Assembly (NCBI GenBank): GCA_002269645.1
Contig: NIVC01001129.1
Span: forward strand, 124,001 to 188,000
Reading direction: 5' to 3'
Origin: Macrostomum lignano
Taxonomy: Eukaryota
DNA: 64,000 nucleotides
Position 1 is the stretch's first letter, and each line of letters starts with the position of its first letter. The position numbers and the translations under genes were made by a program. Below, in pieces: positions 11,001 to 20,941 of the stretch. The notes below the pieces were generated by a model. The model ran no database searches. It was not told the DNA's origin and saw only the letters and a program-made list of their open reading frames with translations.

Positions 11001-14000
11001 ACTGATTCTGATCTACCCTAGACACTGATTCTGATCTACCCTAGACACTGATTCTGATCTACCCTGGACACTGATTCTGATCTACCCTAGACACTGATTC
11101 TGATCTACCCTAGACACTGATTCTGATCTACCCTGGACACTGATTCTGATCTACCCTAGACACTGATTCTGATCTACCCTAGACACTGATTCTGATCTAC
11201 CCTAGACACTGATTCTGATCTACCCTGGACACTGATTCTGATCTACCCTAGACACTGATTCTGATCTACCCTAGACACTGATTCTGATCTACCCTAGACA
11301 CTGATTCTGATCTACCCTAGACACTGATTCTGATCTACCCTAAACACTGATTCTGATCTACCCTAGACACTGATTCTGAACTACCCTAGACACTGATTCT
11401 GATCTACCCTAGACACTGATTCTGATCTACCCTAGACACTGATTCTGATCTACCCTAGACACTGACTCTGATCTACCCTAGACACTGACTCTGATCTACC
11501 CTAGACACTGATTCTGATCTACCCTAGACACTGATTCTGATCTACCCTAGACACTGACTCTGATCTACCCTAGACACTGATTCTGATCTACCCTAGGCAC
11601 TGACTCTGATCTACCCTAGACACTGATTCTGATCTACCCTAGACACTGACTCTGATCTACCCTAGATATAACTCTGATCAGGGTTGGCTTTCTCCATCCT
11701 AGCTTGAACATTGAGCACGACTTTTCTTTCATTGCAACCAAAGGCACCACTGTTATCCCAATTCAATTCATCTGCAGCGACAAACGCCGTTCAAAAACAG
11801 TACACCTAAACAATGAGCCAAGTTGGAATCAACTGTTCACATTTGCACCGCTGATGCAAGCGGACTTGCCGCTTTCAAGCCTGCAACTGGAAGTGATGGA
11901 CTACCAGAACAATATCAGCGGCCCAGGTCTAATTGGAGAGGTAAGGCATTCTATGCTAATCCCAGAGACACGGAGAGTGTACATGTCTCGCAATGATAAA
12001 GTTAGGGCCGCTATGTGCTCATGTGTGCTCATGGGTTGGCTGCCTAATCAATTGTTCGCTCCTCCCCTTCAGACTGTCATCCCGTTGTCCTCGTGCGACC
12101 TGAACGACTCGCCAGTCTGGTACGAGCTCAGCAGCGAACGTCGACCAGTCACGCCAACTCTGGTGAGTCTGAGCCAAATCCCCTGGCTTCATCACTGCTA
12201 CTTCAATAACACGAGCTATTCTCTAGTTAGCCTGTCTCTGCGAGTACACAGTGCAGTTGTACTTTTGCCTCTCCATCTATCCCCCCCCCAAAGAGTCCGA
12301 GAGGGAGCCAGTGAGCTTGCATTGCAGATGGACGTGGGTAGCAACCGCAGAGCTGTGCAGTATTGATTTACCACCACAGTTTACCAGCAGTACTAAATGT
12401 ATGCATACAGATAGATGCCCGGGTGAGCTTTGCTGAGCCCCAGACAGTAAAGGTTTCTGTCTCGCTTACATTCTCGCTTTCGTGTCCGGCAAAGCCAGCT
12501 GATACAGTGTGGGTTCCTCTGCATTTTCCTTTCCCTTTAGCTTCATCGCTCCCTTCTTTCTGTCTCTCTCTCTCTCTCTAGGGATACTGAGCTGGGGAAA
12601 CTCGCTGTGGGGGTCCGATGAGGGTCAGGGGAAGGCAGCAGGCACTCGCTCTTTTCCTCTCCCTACTTTCTCGCACTCTACACACACTGCAAATCTAAGT
12701 CAACTACTGCGTCGCGAGTACAGGGCATCGCAACTCTCCATCCCTTTGCCCCGATTGCTTTCCCCTCCCTCTTCTTTCTCTTCTCCTTCTCGCTTAAGTT
12801 TTTTTCCTCTCTTGGCGTGCGCGGACTTTCACCCCGCATAGCTGAGGGGCATGGGAGAAGTAAGGAAGGACTGTTGGCATTGGGGGCGGGGCGGGGTGGA
12901 TGGCCAGTTCTAGGCGAAGGGAAGGAGAGGAGAGGGAACTCGGAGGCATTGAGTGAGCGAAAGCAGCGAAGGGACAGGAGAGAGGACTTTGCAAAGACTG
13001 GGACTGTTAGAGCGGGGAGAGTGGTTTAAACTCGCAGACTCTCGCCGTTCCCTCCCTCTCTTTCTCTCCCTCTCCCCCGACCTCTGCGCTAGCGTCTGCT
13101 AGCGCGCACGGGGGGTTAGGCCTCCGTCTTCATCATTCGTCCGTTCACGTTGGCTCTTCCGTATAGCCATAGGGGGGGGGGGCTAGCTCACACACCCGCA
13201 TAGACTCCCGATCTTCACCGCCGGGCTCAAATCCCAGCAGAGTGGAACCGTCTCACCTCCTCTTCTCTCTCTCTGCCCGCCTCTCCTAGGCTCCTGCGTG
13301 CCCTCCCATCCGATGCCGGTGCCCGAGGGGATGATAGACCAGGACCATGCAGGGAAGAAAATATGGAGTAGAAGTGCCTGCGACCGCTTCGTTAGACCAC
13401 CAATCCCCCTCCCTCAGTCTCCTAATCCAGCCTCCTCTCCGCCCACCTCAACCAACCAAGACCCGACTGTCTCCTCTGCTTTACTCCAAGCCATTCTAAC
13501 CAGGTTTTTCTTCTGAACGGGCCGGCCGCATATAGTTCTGTCTGCCTCCTGTCTGTCCGCCACTGTGTGGTGGTGCGTCGTCCGTTCTTGCGTGCCTTTG
13601 AGTGAGCGAGCGAGTGCGACCAACCCCCCCCCCCTGTGGCGGTGAAGGTCTCCAACAGTCTCCACTTGGCTTAGTCTTATCTATCGCTCACTCGCCTCTC
13701 TGACAAGCTATCAGCGACCCCTACTACAGACACTGTTTCTGTAACTGTTTCAGATGTCGCATCCAGATAGGCACAACGACTTCTACAGGTCGGTGCCGTT
13801 GAGAGGTGAGTTGAATTAAAATACATTTGTTGATTCTTAAAGACCTCATCTACTTACTCGCGCTGTGAAGTGGCACTGAAGCTAATTAGAATCTGGGTGC
13901 CCCAACACCCTACAGTAACCAACTGTAGAATGAACTGATTTGATCAATCCAGCTATTGGGGGTAATGTCAACCAACTGTAGAATGAACTGATTTGATCAA

Positions 14001-17000
14001 TCCAGCTACTGGGGTTAATGTCAACCAACTGTAGAATGAACTGATTTGATCAATCTAGTTACTGGGGGTAATGTCAACCAACTGTAGAATGAACTGATTT
14101 GATAAATCTAGCTACTGGGGGTAATGTCAACCAACTGTAGAATGAACTGATTTGATAAATCCAGCTACTGGGGTTAATGTCAACCAACTGTAGAATGAAC
14201 TGATTTGATAAATCCAGCTACTGGGGGTAATGCCAACCAACTGTAGAATGAACTGATTTGATAAATCCAGCTACTGGGGGTAATGCCAAACAACTGTAGA
14301 ATGAACTGATTTGATCAATCCAGCTACTGGGGGTAATGTCAACCAACTGTAGAATGAACTGATTTGATAAATCCAGCTACTGGGGGTAATGCCAACCAAC
14401 TGTAGAATGAACTGATTTGATCAATCCAGCTACTGGGGGTAATGTCAACCAACTGTAGAATGAACTGATTTGATCAATCCAGCTACTGGGGTTAATGCCA
14501 ACCAACTGTAGAATGAACTGATTTGATAAATCCAGCTACTGGGGGTAATGCCAACCAACTGTAGAATGAACTGATTTGATAAATCCAGCTACTGGGGGTA
14601 ATGCCAAACAACTGTAGAATGAACTGATTTGATCAATCCAGCTACTGGGGTTAATGCCAACCAACTGTAGAAAGAACTGATTTGATAAATCCAGCTACTG
14701 GGGGTAATGCCAACCAACTGTAGAAAGAACTGATTTGATAAATCCAGCTACTGGGGGTAATGCCAACCAACTGTAGAATGAACTGATTTGATAAATCCAG
14801 CTACTGGGGGTAATGTCAACCAACTGTAGAATGAACTGATTTGATAAATCCAGCTACTGGGGGTAATGCCAACCAACTGTAGAATGAACTGATTTGATCA
14901 ATCCAGCTACTGGGGGTAATGTCAACCAACTGTAGAATGAACTGATTTGATCAATCTAGCTACTGGGGGTAATGCCAACCAACTGTAGAATGAACTGATT
15001 TGATAAATCCAGCTACTGGGGGTAATGCCAATTAACTGTAGAATGAACTGATTTGATAAATCCAGCTACTGGGGGTAATGCCAACCAACTGTAGAATGAA
15101 CTGATTTGATAAATCCAGCTACTGGGGGTAATGTCAACCAACTGTAGAATGAACTGATTTGATCAATCCAGCTACTGGGGTTAATGTCAACCAACTGTAG
15201 AATGAACTGATTTGATCAATCTAGCTACTGGGGGTAATGCCAACCAACTGTAGAATGAACTGATTTGATAAATCCAGCTACTGGGGGTAATGCCAATTAA
15301 CTGTAGAATGAACTGATTTGATAAATCCAGCTACTGGGGGTAATGCCAACCAACTGTAGAATGAACTGATTTGATAAATCCAGCTACTGGGGGTAATGTC
15401 AACCAACTGTAGAATGAACTGATTTGATAAATCCAGCTACTGGGGGTAATGTCAACCAACTGTAGAATGAACTGATTTGATCAATCCAGCTACTGGGGGT
15501 AATGTCAACTGAGCCAACTCAAGGCTAAAGTAGGTCTTAACCAACTGTAGAATGAATTATATTAAGTCCACAATTATATTAAGTCCAAGCTTTGGCTGTC
15601 ACCTACGTCCCAGAGCGGCCTTAGTCAGTGTTGCTATTTATTAATGCTTATTTTGCGTCACCAATTAGTGAAGACCCCCCGCCGAGCAAGACTGGAGAGA
15701 CGAGAAGACAGAGATAAGATGAGCCCACAGCCTATTGACTCAGTTTACATTACACGCGAGCTGGCTTGTTGCCTTGCTCGCTCGCTACATCATCAAATTC
15801 TCAGAGGATTTGCGCATGCAGCCCCGCCCAGATTCCATAGCGGGAGGAGCTAATCAGGGAAATGAGAGACAGGGACACGGCCCACCTGAGCTGAATTATG
15901 ATTCTGCATCGCTACAACTGTTGGCGTGCTGCAGAAGCCGGAAAATGTTTCTTTTTACCTTAATCTGCGGGCCACTTGCCAGGATTCCTAGAGAATGGCT
16001 TGATTTAATTATTGTGCCATTGTATCTCACTTTAGACAATGTTGAATCTTCAACTTTTTCCTAGTAGAAATGCAATTAAACTTATGAGTGAGGGTAGTCA
16101 GAATGATTTGATAAAAAAATCTAAAAGCTTGTTGGGACGCTTTTGAACTCGAATTAGTAAATCAAGCCTCAACCTGACTTCACACTGATTTGATGGAGCA
16201 ATTACCTGACTTCACACTGATTTGATGGAGCAATTACCTGACTTCACACTGATTTGATGGAGCAATTACCTGACTTCACACACTGATTAGATGGAGCAAT
16301 TACCTGACTTCACACACTGATTAGATGGAGCAGTTACCTGACTTCACACACTGATTAGATGGAGCAATTACCTGACATCACGCACTGATTAGATGGAGAA
16401 ATTACCTGACATCACACACCTATTAGATGGAGCAATTACCTGACACCACACACTGATTAGATGGGGCAGTTACCTGACATCACACACTGATTTGATTGGA
16501 GCAATTACCTGAATTCACACGCTGCTGATAGAATGCAACCTGGCATCCTGATAATTAGATTGAAGGATAGGCTACTTTCCTGCAATTTTACTAATTAGAA
16601 ATGGGCCACTTAGCTGATTTCTGACTGAAAAAGAGCAAAATACCCCATCGAAAAACTCTGGTAGTTCAGAATTTTATAGTTCAGACCCAGAATCCCATTT
16701 CAATTACACGCCATCGCGTCCAACTGCAGGTCGCGGTCTACCCGAGCCGCCAACTTCAGGCCTTGGTCTCAGCGCAGGCGCGAACTCGGGACTATCGGCC
16801 TCCGCAGCCGACTTCGCCCACGGAGGCTACGGGAGCCCGGCCGGCCCAGTGAATGCTGCGAACGCCGCAATGCGAAAGCGACAGCTGCCGCAGTTGCCGA
16901 CAACGGCCAGGGCGGGCTCCGGGCACCTGGTCCGGCCACCTTTTGATCGCGTGTCGGTTGCCGCAGCGGCGGCGGCAGCAGCGTCGGAAGAGTCACCGCC

Positions 17001-19728
17001 GCTGGGCAGCTACCACCGGCCTTTCCAGAACCCGTCGGCGCCAGCAACGCTCAACCGGCTGATGATGCCGCACTCCGACGACGTCGAAATGGGCGCTACC
17101 AGCGACGTGTCGGAGAACTCCGACGCTTCGGAGTTGTCGAAGATGTCGGCCGTGTCGGCGCAGAGCGACCGTCGGCACAGGAAGAAATCGTCGACAGCCG
17201 GAGCTGGTGGCGGCGGCGGCGACGCTGGCGGGCCCGGCGGTGGAGGCGGCGGTGGTGGCGGCGGCGGCTCTCGCAACCGGAAAATCTCCTCAGGCGAGGG
17301 CGGCAACTCCAGCGACGGTGGCGGCGGAGGTCGCTCTGACAAGAGCCGTCGGGCCAGCATGGGCCAGAAGTTCAGCAACTTCATTCCGGGCCTGAGTCGG
17401 AAGACCTCGTCCGCGAATAATTTAGGTGAGATTGAGGTAGCTACAGGTCGGCTTGCAGTTACACAGCCCTCGGATGCACCGTTGGCACTGCATCTGACTC
17501 CCCAATTACCGAAGTTCCCGAAGGACCAATACTGAATGGTAAAAAGTTCTTTGCACCATATGTATGGGCGGCGATCCTATCCGCGTGACTTAGAGAAGAT
17601 TTAACGAATCTTATAACAGTATTAAACGTGAGAAGCAAGCGATTCAACAACTCTGTCCACTTAATTACAGAACGCAAGCAGCGCGGCACATTCCAACGCT
17701 CTGAGGAGGTGCTACCGCCGAGTCTGCAAGCTCCCGGCAGCTGCGCCAGGGATCCCATGAGCTCAAACAGGCCGGTGAGCTCAGGCCGAGGCCAGCAGCC
17801 GCAGCAGCAGCTGCTGCAACAGCACGCGACGGCGCAACAATTCCAAGCGCAAGACTCCAGCGACGGCAGTTTGCCAAGCGTCGATCCGCGCCTGTGAGCT
17901 CAAAATTTTGTGTACATGCCTAACGATAAATTAAGTTAGGGCCGCTGTACACTCCTGTGTGAGTGTGTGCCTGTGCGTATGACTGCGTACGTATCCGCGC
18001 GCTTGTGTGCCTGCTCAGGGGTTGTGTGACAATGTCGCCTAAAGTGTAAAATATCCCAATTTGGTACGTATTTCAACACTACGAGCGTAGATCGTCAGGA
18101 TCCGCGAACATGAAAACCCCAAGGCACAAGGCAAGGCATCTGTGCGTGCTCAGCGGAATGAGTTCGTGCCTGCGTACAGTACTCAGCAACTGGTTGTGAG
18201 ACGAATTAGTCGAAGGCGTTGCTTCAGGGTGCCCGCAGCCCTCCTTCGAATATTTATTAATGCATAGCGTTGCTTTTGAAACACTGCAGGCTGAGTGCCA
18301 GCGCGCCGCTGCAGGAGGGCCATCTAACGGAGTTTGTTGAAGGCCTGGGTCCCGGGCAGCTGGTTGGCCGTCAGGTGCTTGGTACGCCCAGCCTTGGCGA
18401 GATCCAACTGAGCCTGTTCAACCGGAAGGGCCGCCTAGAGGTTGAAGTCATTCGAGCGCGCGGTCTGTTCGCCAAGAAAGGCGCCAAAGAGTTGCCGGCG
18501 CCCTACGTCAAAGTCTACTTGCTCGAGGCCAAGACTTGCGTTGAAAAACAGAAGACAACTGTAACTAGGCGAACTCTGGATCCGCTCTACCAGCAGCAGT
18601 TGGTCTTCTTGGAGAACTATAAAGGCAAGACGCTACAGGTGAGCAGCTTTGGCGCCTCTGCTACTAGCGCCCCTCTCTAATGAAAAGTCACCACTTGATG
18701 AAATGACGGTCGAAAAATGAAATAGTGCCACCCAAAATGCATTGGCGCCAACTTTAATTGCATGGGCTGCCTCGCATAGAGATTCAGGGTTGCCACTTGG
18801 AGATTCAGGATTGCCACTTGGAGATTCAGGGTTGCCTCGCATAGAGATTCAGGGTTGCCTCGTATAGCGATTCAGGGTTGCCTCGCACAAAGATTGCCAC
18901 AGTGTTGCCTCGCATAGAGATTCAGTGTTGCCTCGCACAAAGATCAGAGTTGCCTAGCACAAAGATTCAGGGTTGCCTCGCATTGAGATTCAGGATTGCC
19001 TCGCATAGAGATTGTGTTGCCTCGCACAAAGATCAGAGTTGCCTAGCACAAAGATTCAGGGTTGCCTCGCATTGAGATTCAGGATTGCCTCGCATAGAGA
19101 TTCAGTGTTGCCTCGCACAAAGATCAGAGTTGCCTAGCACAAAGATTCAGGGTTGCCTCGCATTGAGATTCAGGATTGCCTCGCATAGAGATTCAGTGTT
19201 GCCTCGCACAAAGATCAGAGTTGCCTCGCACAAAGATTCAGGGTTGCCTCGCATTGAGATTCAAGATTGCCTCGGATAGATTCAGGGTCGCCACTCGGAG
19301 ATTCAGGGTTGCCACTTGAATATTCAGGTTTGCCACCTCAGAGATTCAGGGTTGCCGCTCAGAGATTCAGGGTTGCCGCTCAGAGATTCAGGGTTGCCAC
19401 TCGAAGATTCAAGGTCAGGGATCGCTAGAAATCCCTTGACAGGCCAAAGCAGAAGTTCTTTATTTATTACGTAAAAACGCTTGCAACAAAGCATTGAGAA
19501 ATGACCCACCAACAATGCGACACTCCTCAGGTAACAGTGTGGGGAGACTACGGTCGCATAGACAAGAAGGCATTTATGGGAGTGTGCCAGATCATGCTGG
19601 ACGAACTGGACCTGTCCAACATAGTGATCGGCTGGTACAAGCTCTACCCGACTTCCTCCCTGGTGCACCAGCATCACAGACGGTCGTCTTCTTCGTCGAT
19701 GGACGCGAGTTCACAAGTTCGCAGTTAA
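1399..19728 (+). CDS. RIMS/unc-10: RIM/UNC-10 (Rab3-interacting molecule) presynaptic scaffold, 5'-partial multi-exon gene; N-terminus lies upstream of the window
   Basis: Exons 1399-2042, 3197-3238, 3825-4513, 5570-5625, 6585-6684, 7675-7924, 8807-8850, 9441-9645, 11778-11940, 12073-12162, 13754-13805, 16730-17425, 17671-17893, 18290-18638, 19531-19728. All are GT-AG and phase-compatible, summing to 3801 nt = 1266 aa + stop. RIM hallmarks: WICVNC..SGKW (Zn-finger end), KNFLS-HPVTWQLSKDGSRLIGHMLL, PDZ GDLRVGDEVLEWNG, C2A, RQLPQLP, FQRSEEV, EGLGPGQLVGRQVLG, C2B VWGDYGRIDKKAFMG...VIGWYKLYP. Confidence 0.95.
2068..3085 (+). repeat. Intronic 25-30-bp minisatellite rich in AACCAATCAG and GTGAGT
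   Basis: Units such as ccaaccaatcagaagtgagt(acgcgt)agctcc; starts ~25 nt after the donor at 2043. Confidence 0.95.
3197..3238 (+). CDS. RIMS/unc-10: RIM candidate 42-nt symmetric micro-exon (SGYESASKSIDRLPR)
   Basis: ttttctgcttcag| ... AAG|gtaagc; phase 2/2 and open in the RIM frame. Confidence 0.7.
3535..3798 (+). repeat. 16-bp minisatellite (actgatgagtcagtag)
   Basis: Direct reading; ends ~25 nt before the acceptor at 3824. Confidence 0.95.
3825..4513 (+). CDS. RIMS/unc-10: RIM exon: S/P/Q-rich and acidic linker
   Basis: tttgcag| acceptor; same frame as ORF 3889-4542; donor G|gtaagg at 4514. Confidence 0.85.
4595..5350 (+). repeat. 33-bp minisatellite, ~22 near-perfect copies, each with AATAAA
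   Basis: Unit aataaagacctcgattgagtcaaggacttctag; ORF 4643-5419 is its translation. Confidence 0.97.
5570..5625 (+). CDS. RIMS/unc-10: RIM exon (EADRRNPEAIDAKVKNFLS)
   Basis: ttgcag| and TCA|gtgagt; joins in frame to HPVTW. Confidence 0.85.
5920..6575 (+). repeat. 28-bp minisatellite (taatccactcaataatcctgttgcactt)
   Basis: ~23 copies ending ~10 nt before the acceptor at 6584. Confidence 0.97.
6585..6684 (+). CDS. RIMS/unc-10: RIM exon: PDZ N-terminal part
   Basis: HPVTWQLSKDGSRLIGHMLLKK; cccgcag| and G|gtgagt. Confidence 0.93.
7038..7620 (+). repeat. Purine-only 9-bp repeat (gggagagaa/gaaagagaa)
   Basis: Direct reading. Confidence 0.95.
7675..7924 (+). CDS. RIMS/unc-10: RIM exon: PDZ domain core
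   Basis: GLRVLGG...AYIVRVRPDSVADRVGDLRVGDEVLEWNG...VELIVQR. Confidence 0.93.
7940..8662 (+). repeat. (TTCTA/TTCTG)n pentamer array
   Basis: Direct reading; starts just after the donor at 7925. Confidence 0.95.
8807..8850 (+). CDS. RIMS/unc-10: RIM 44-nt linker exon
   Basis: ttttag| and A|gtgagt; supplies the phase 2 to phase 1 shift needed between the PDZ and C2A exons. Confidence 0.8.
8960..9428 (+). repeat. 28-bp minisatellite (ctcactaatcactcgattcactcaaacc)
   Basis: Ends ~12 nt before the acceptor at 9440; unit contains branch-point-like CTAAT. Confidence 0.95.
9441..9645 (+). CDS. RIMS/unc-10: RIM exon: C2A first half
   Basis: GRIQLRLWYDADSAQLTVSLL; donor GA|gtaagc. Confidence 0.9.
9690..10075 (+). 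repeat. 12-bp repeat (gagttcatgagt)
   Basis: Direct reading; decays at the 3' end. Confidence 0.93.
10822..11672 (+). repeat. 23-bp minisatellite (ctgatctaccctagacactgatt)
   Basis: ~37 copies. Confidence 0.97.
11778..11940 (+). CDS. RIMS/unc-10: RIM exon: C2A middle
   Basis: DKRRSKTV...EPSWNQLFTF...LQLEVMDY...LIGE|gtaagg. Confidence 0.92.
12073..12162 (+). CDS. RIMS/unc-10: RIM exon: C2A end
   Basis: TVIPLSSCDLNDSPVWYEL; cttcag| and CTG|gtgagt. Confidence 0.9.
13754..13805 (+). CDS. RIMS/unc-10: RIM 52-nt exon beginning with ATG (MSHPDRHNDFYRSVPLRG)
   Basis: ctgtttcag|ATG ... AGA G|gtgagt; its phase 0 to phase 1 shift links the flanking exons. Confidence 0.75.
13915..15560 (+). repeat. 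53-bp minisatellite (aaccaactgtagaatgaactgatttgataaatccagctactgggggtaatgcc)
   Basis: ~31 copies with few variant positions. Confidence 0.97.
16170..16520 (+). repeat. 32-34-bp minisatellite (cctgacttcacactgatttgatggagcaatta)
   Basis: Direct reading. Confidence 0.93.
16730..17425 (+). CDS. RIMS/unc-10: RIM exon: RQLPQLP (RIM-BP SH3-binding motif), Ser-rich segment and poly-Gly
   Basis: RKRQLPQLP; SDVSENSDASELSKMSAVSAQSDR; SMGQKFSNFIPGLSRKTSSANNL; donor G|gtgaga. Confidence 0.92.
17671..17893 (+). CDS. RIMS/unc-10: RIM exon (FQRSEEV...SSDGSLPS)
   Basis: ttacag| and CT|gtgagc. Confidence 0.9.
17913..18050 (+). mobile_element. Truncated copy of the SINE-like body (RIM intron)
   Basis: catgcctaacgata...gttagggccgctgtacactcctgtgtgagtgtg...tatgactgcgtacgtatcc, near-identical to 49274-49440. 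Confidence 0.8.
18290..18638 (+). CDS. RIMS/unc-10: RIM exon: C2B first part
   Basis: FVEGLGPGQLVGRQVLGTPSLGEIQL...LEVEVIRARGL...PAPYVKVYLL...TLDPLYQQQLVF. Confidence 0.96.
18765..19410 (+). repeat. ~21-23-bp degenerate minisatellite (gattcagggttgcctcgcataga family) with nested larger duplications
   Basis: Direct reading. Confidence 0.9.
19531..19728 (+). CDS. RIMS/unc-10: RIM terminal exon: C2B end and stop
   Basis: VTVWGDYGRIDKKAFMGVCQIMLDELDLSNIVIGWYKLYPTSSLV; stop TAA 19726-19728; ATTAAA at 19741. Confidence 0.96.
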   Translation, partial: VTVWGDYGRIDKKAFMGVCQIMLDELDLSNIVIGWYKLYPTSSLVHQHHRRSSSSSMDASSQVRS

Positions 19729-20291
19729 TCCTGTATTTCAATTAAATTTCTAGCGCACATAAATTATGTTTTTCCGCAGCTCACTTCACGTTATCAGCAT
19801 AATCTATTTATTGTACACTGTTGCTATTAATCGATATTATAGATCTCACCTATTGGTTGGCTACGAGTAATTATTTAATTATAATTACCTTCATTAGAAA
19901 GGTTAGATCAAAAGATCAAAATCAAAATCCTTTTTCAGCTGCACTCTTAGCAAAGGTAGATCTTTGTACTTTAGCTTTATTGTGACAATAATTTCTCCAC
20001 GCATGCAGTTCTCGCTACTATCTATACTATTGCTTAGATTAATACTTCGCGCCACTAAAATTTTATCAAGGTGCCACTTTTGAGGATTAAATCTGCATGT
20101 TTTATTACGATTTTTATTAATATCGCTGCGCCTCATATCCATATCTCATGGTGAATACGGCGTACAGAAGCACTTTTAGCTAGTCAGCATTCTAGAACCG
20201 TCTGATGTACTCTTAGTAATTCAGTAAAAGAAGTTGTTCGATCATGTCTTTTGTATTTACTTCAACTTCCCTACCGAAGAAGGTTGCTAAC

Positions 20292-20941
20292 CAGTGGCGT
20301 AGCCAGAGGGGGGTGTGGCCGGGGGGCCGCGGCCCCCCCCCCCCCCCAATCGCCTGGGGGTGGGGTTGGGCGCGGCGGATACCAAAAACCAGGAGGCAAT
20401 TGAGTGCCTGCGGCGCCAAAATGAGTGCCTGCGGCGCAAAAATGAGCGCCTGCGGCGCCAAAATGAGTGCCTGCCGCGCCAAAATGAGTGCCTGCCGCGC
20501 CAAAATGAGTGCCTGTGGCGCCAAAATAAGTGCCTGCGGCGCCAAAATGAGTGCCTGCGGCGCCAAAATGAGTGCCTGCGGCGCCAAAATGAGTGCCTGC
20601 GGCGCCAAAATGAGTGCCTGCGGCGCCAAAATGAGTGCCTGCGGCGCCAAAATGAGTGCCTGCGGCGCCAAAATGAGTGCCTGCGGCGCCAAAATGAGTG
20701 CCTGCGGCGCCAAAATGAGTGCCTGCGGCGCCAAAATGAGTGCCTGCGGCGCCAAAATGAGTGCCTGCGGCGCCAAAATGAGTGCCTGCGGCGCCAAAAT
20801 GAGTGCCTGAGGCGCTAAAATGAGTGCCTGCGGCGCTAAAATGAGTGCCTGCGGCGCCAAAAGTGGCAATGGCATAAAGCATGGCCAGCTGCCAGGCCAA
20901 CCCGCCCCCCCCCCCGATTGAAATTTCTGGCTACGCCACTG
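20292..20941. mobile_element. hAT-like MITE carrying a 21-bp tandem array
   Basis: Perfect 15-bp TIR CAGTGGCGTAGCCAG / CTGGCTACGCCACTG; flanks ttgctaac vs ttgctgtg (partial 8-bp TSD); internal (gagtgcctgcggcgccaaaat) ~22x. Confidence 0.8.

Noticed and set aside
11704-12366. 220-aa ORF as a single exon
   Set aside because: It is two C2A exons plus a 132-nt intron that happens to be open in frame.
13915-15560. CRISPR-like regular arrays here and elsewhere
   Set aside because: No unique spacers, no cas genes, eukaryotic intronic context.
15640-16070. Unique-sequence ORFs in the RIM intron
   Set aside because: No convincing splice-site pair in compatible phase and no homology recognised.
17919-17950. 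GTTAGGGCC resembling the pistol ribozyme P1 loop
   Set aside because: The enclosing P1 stem and downstream pseudoknot strand are missing; it is only a simple hairpin.
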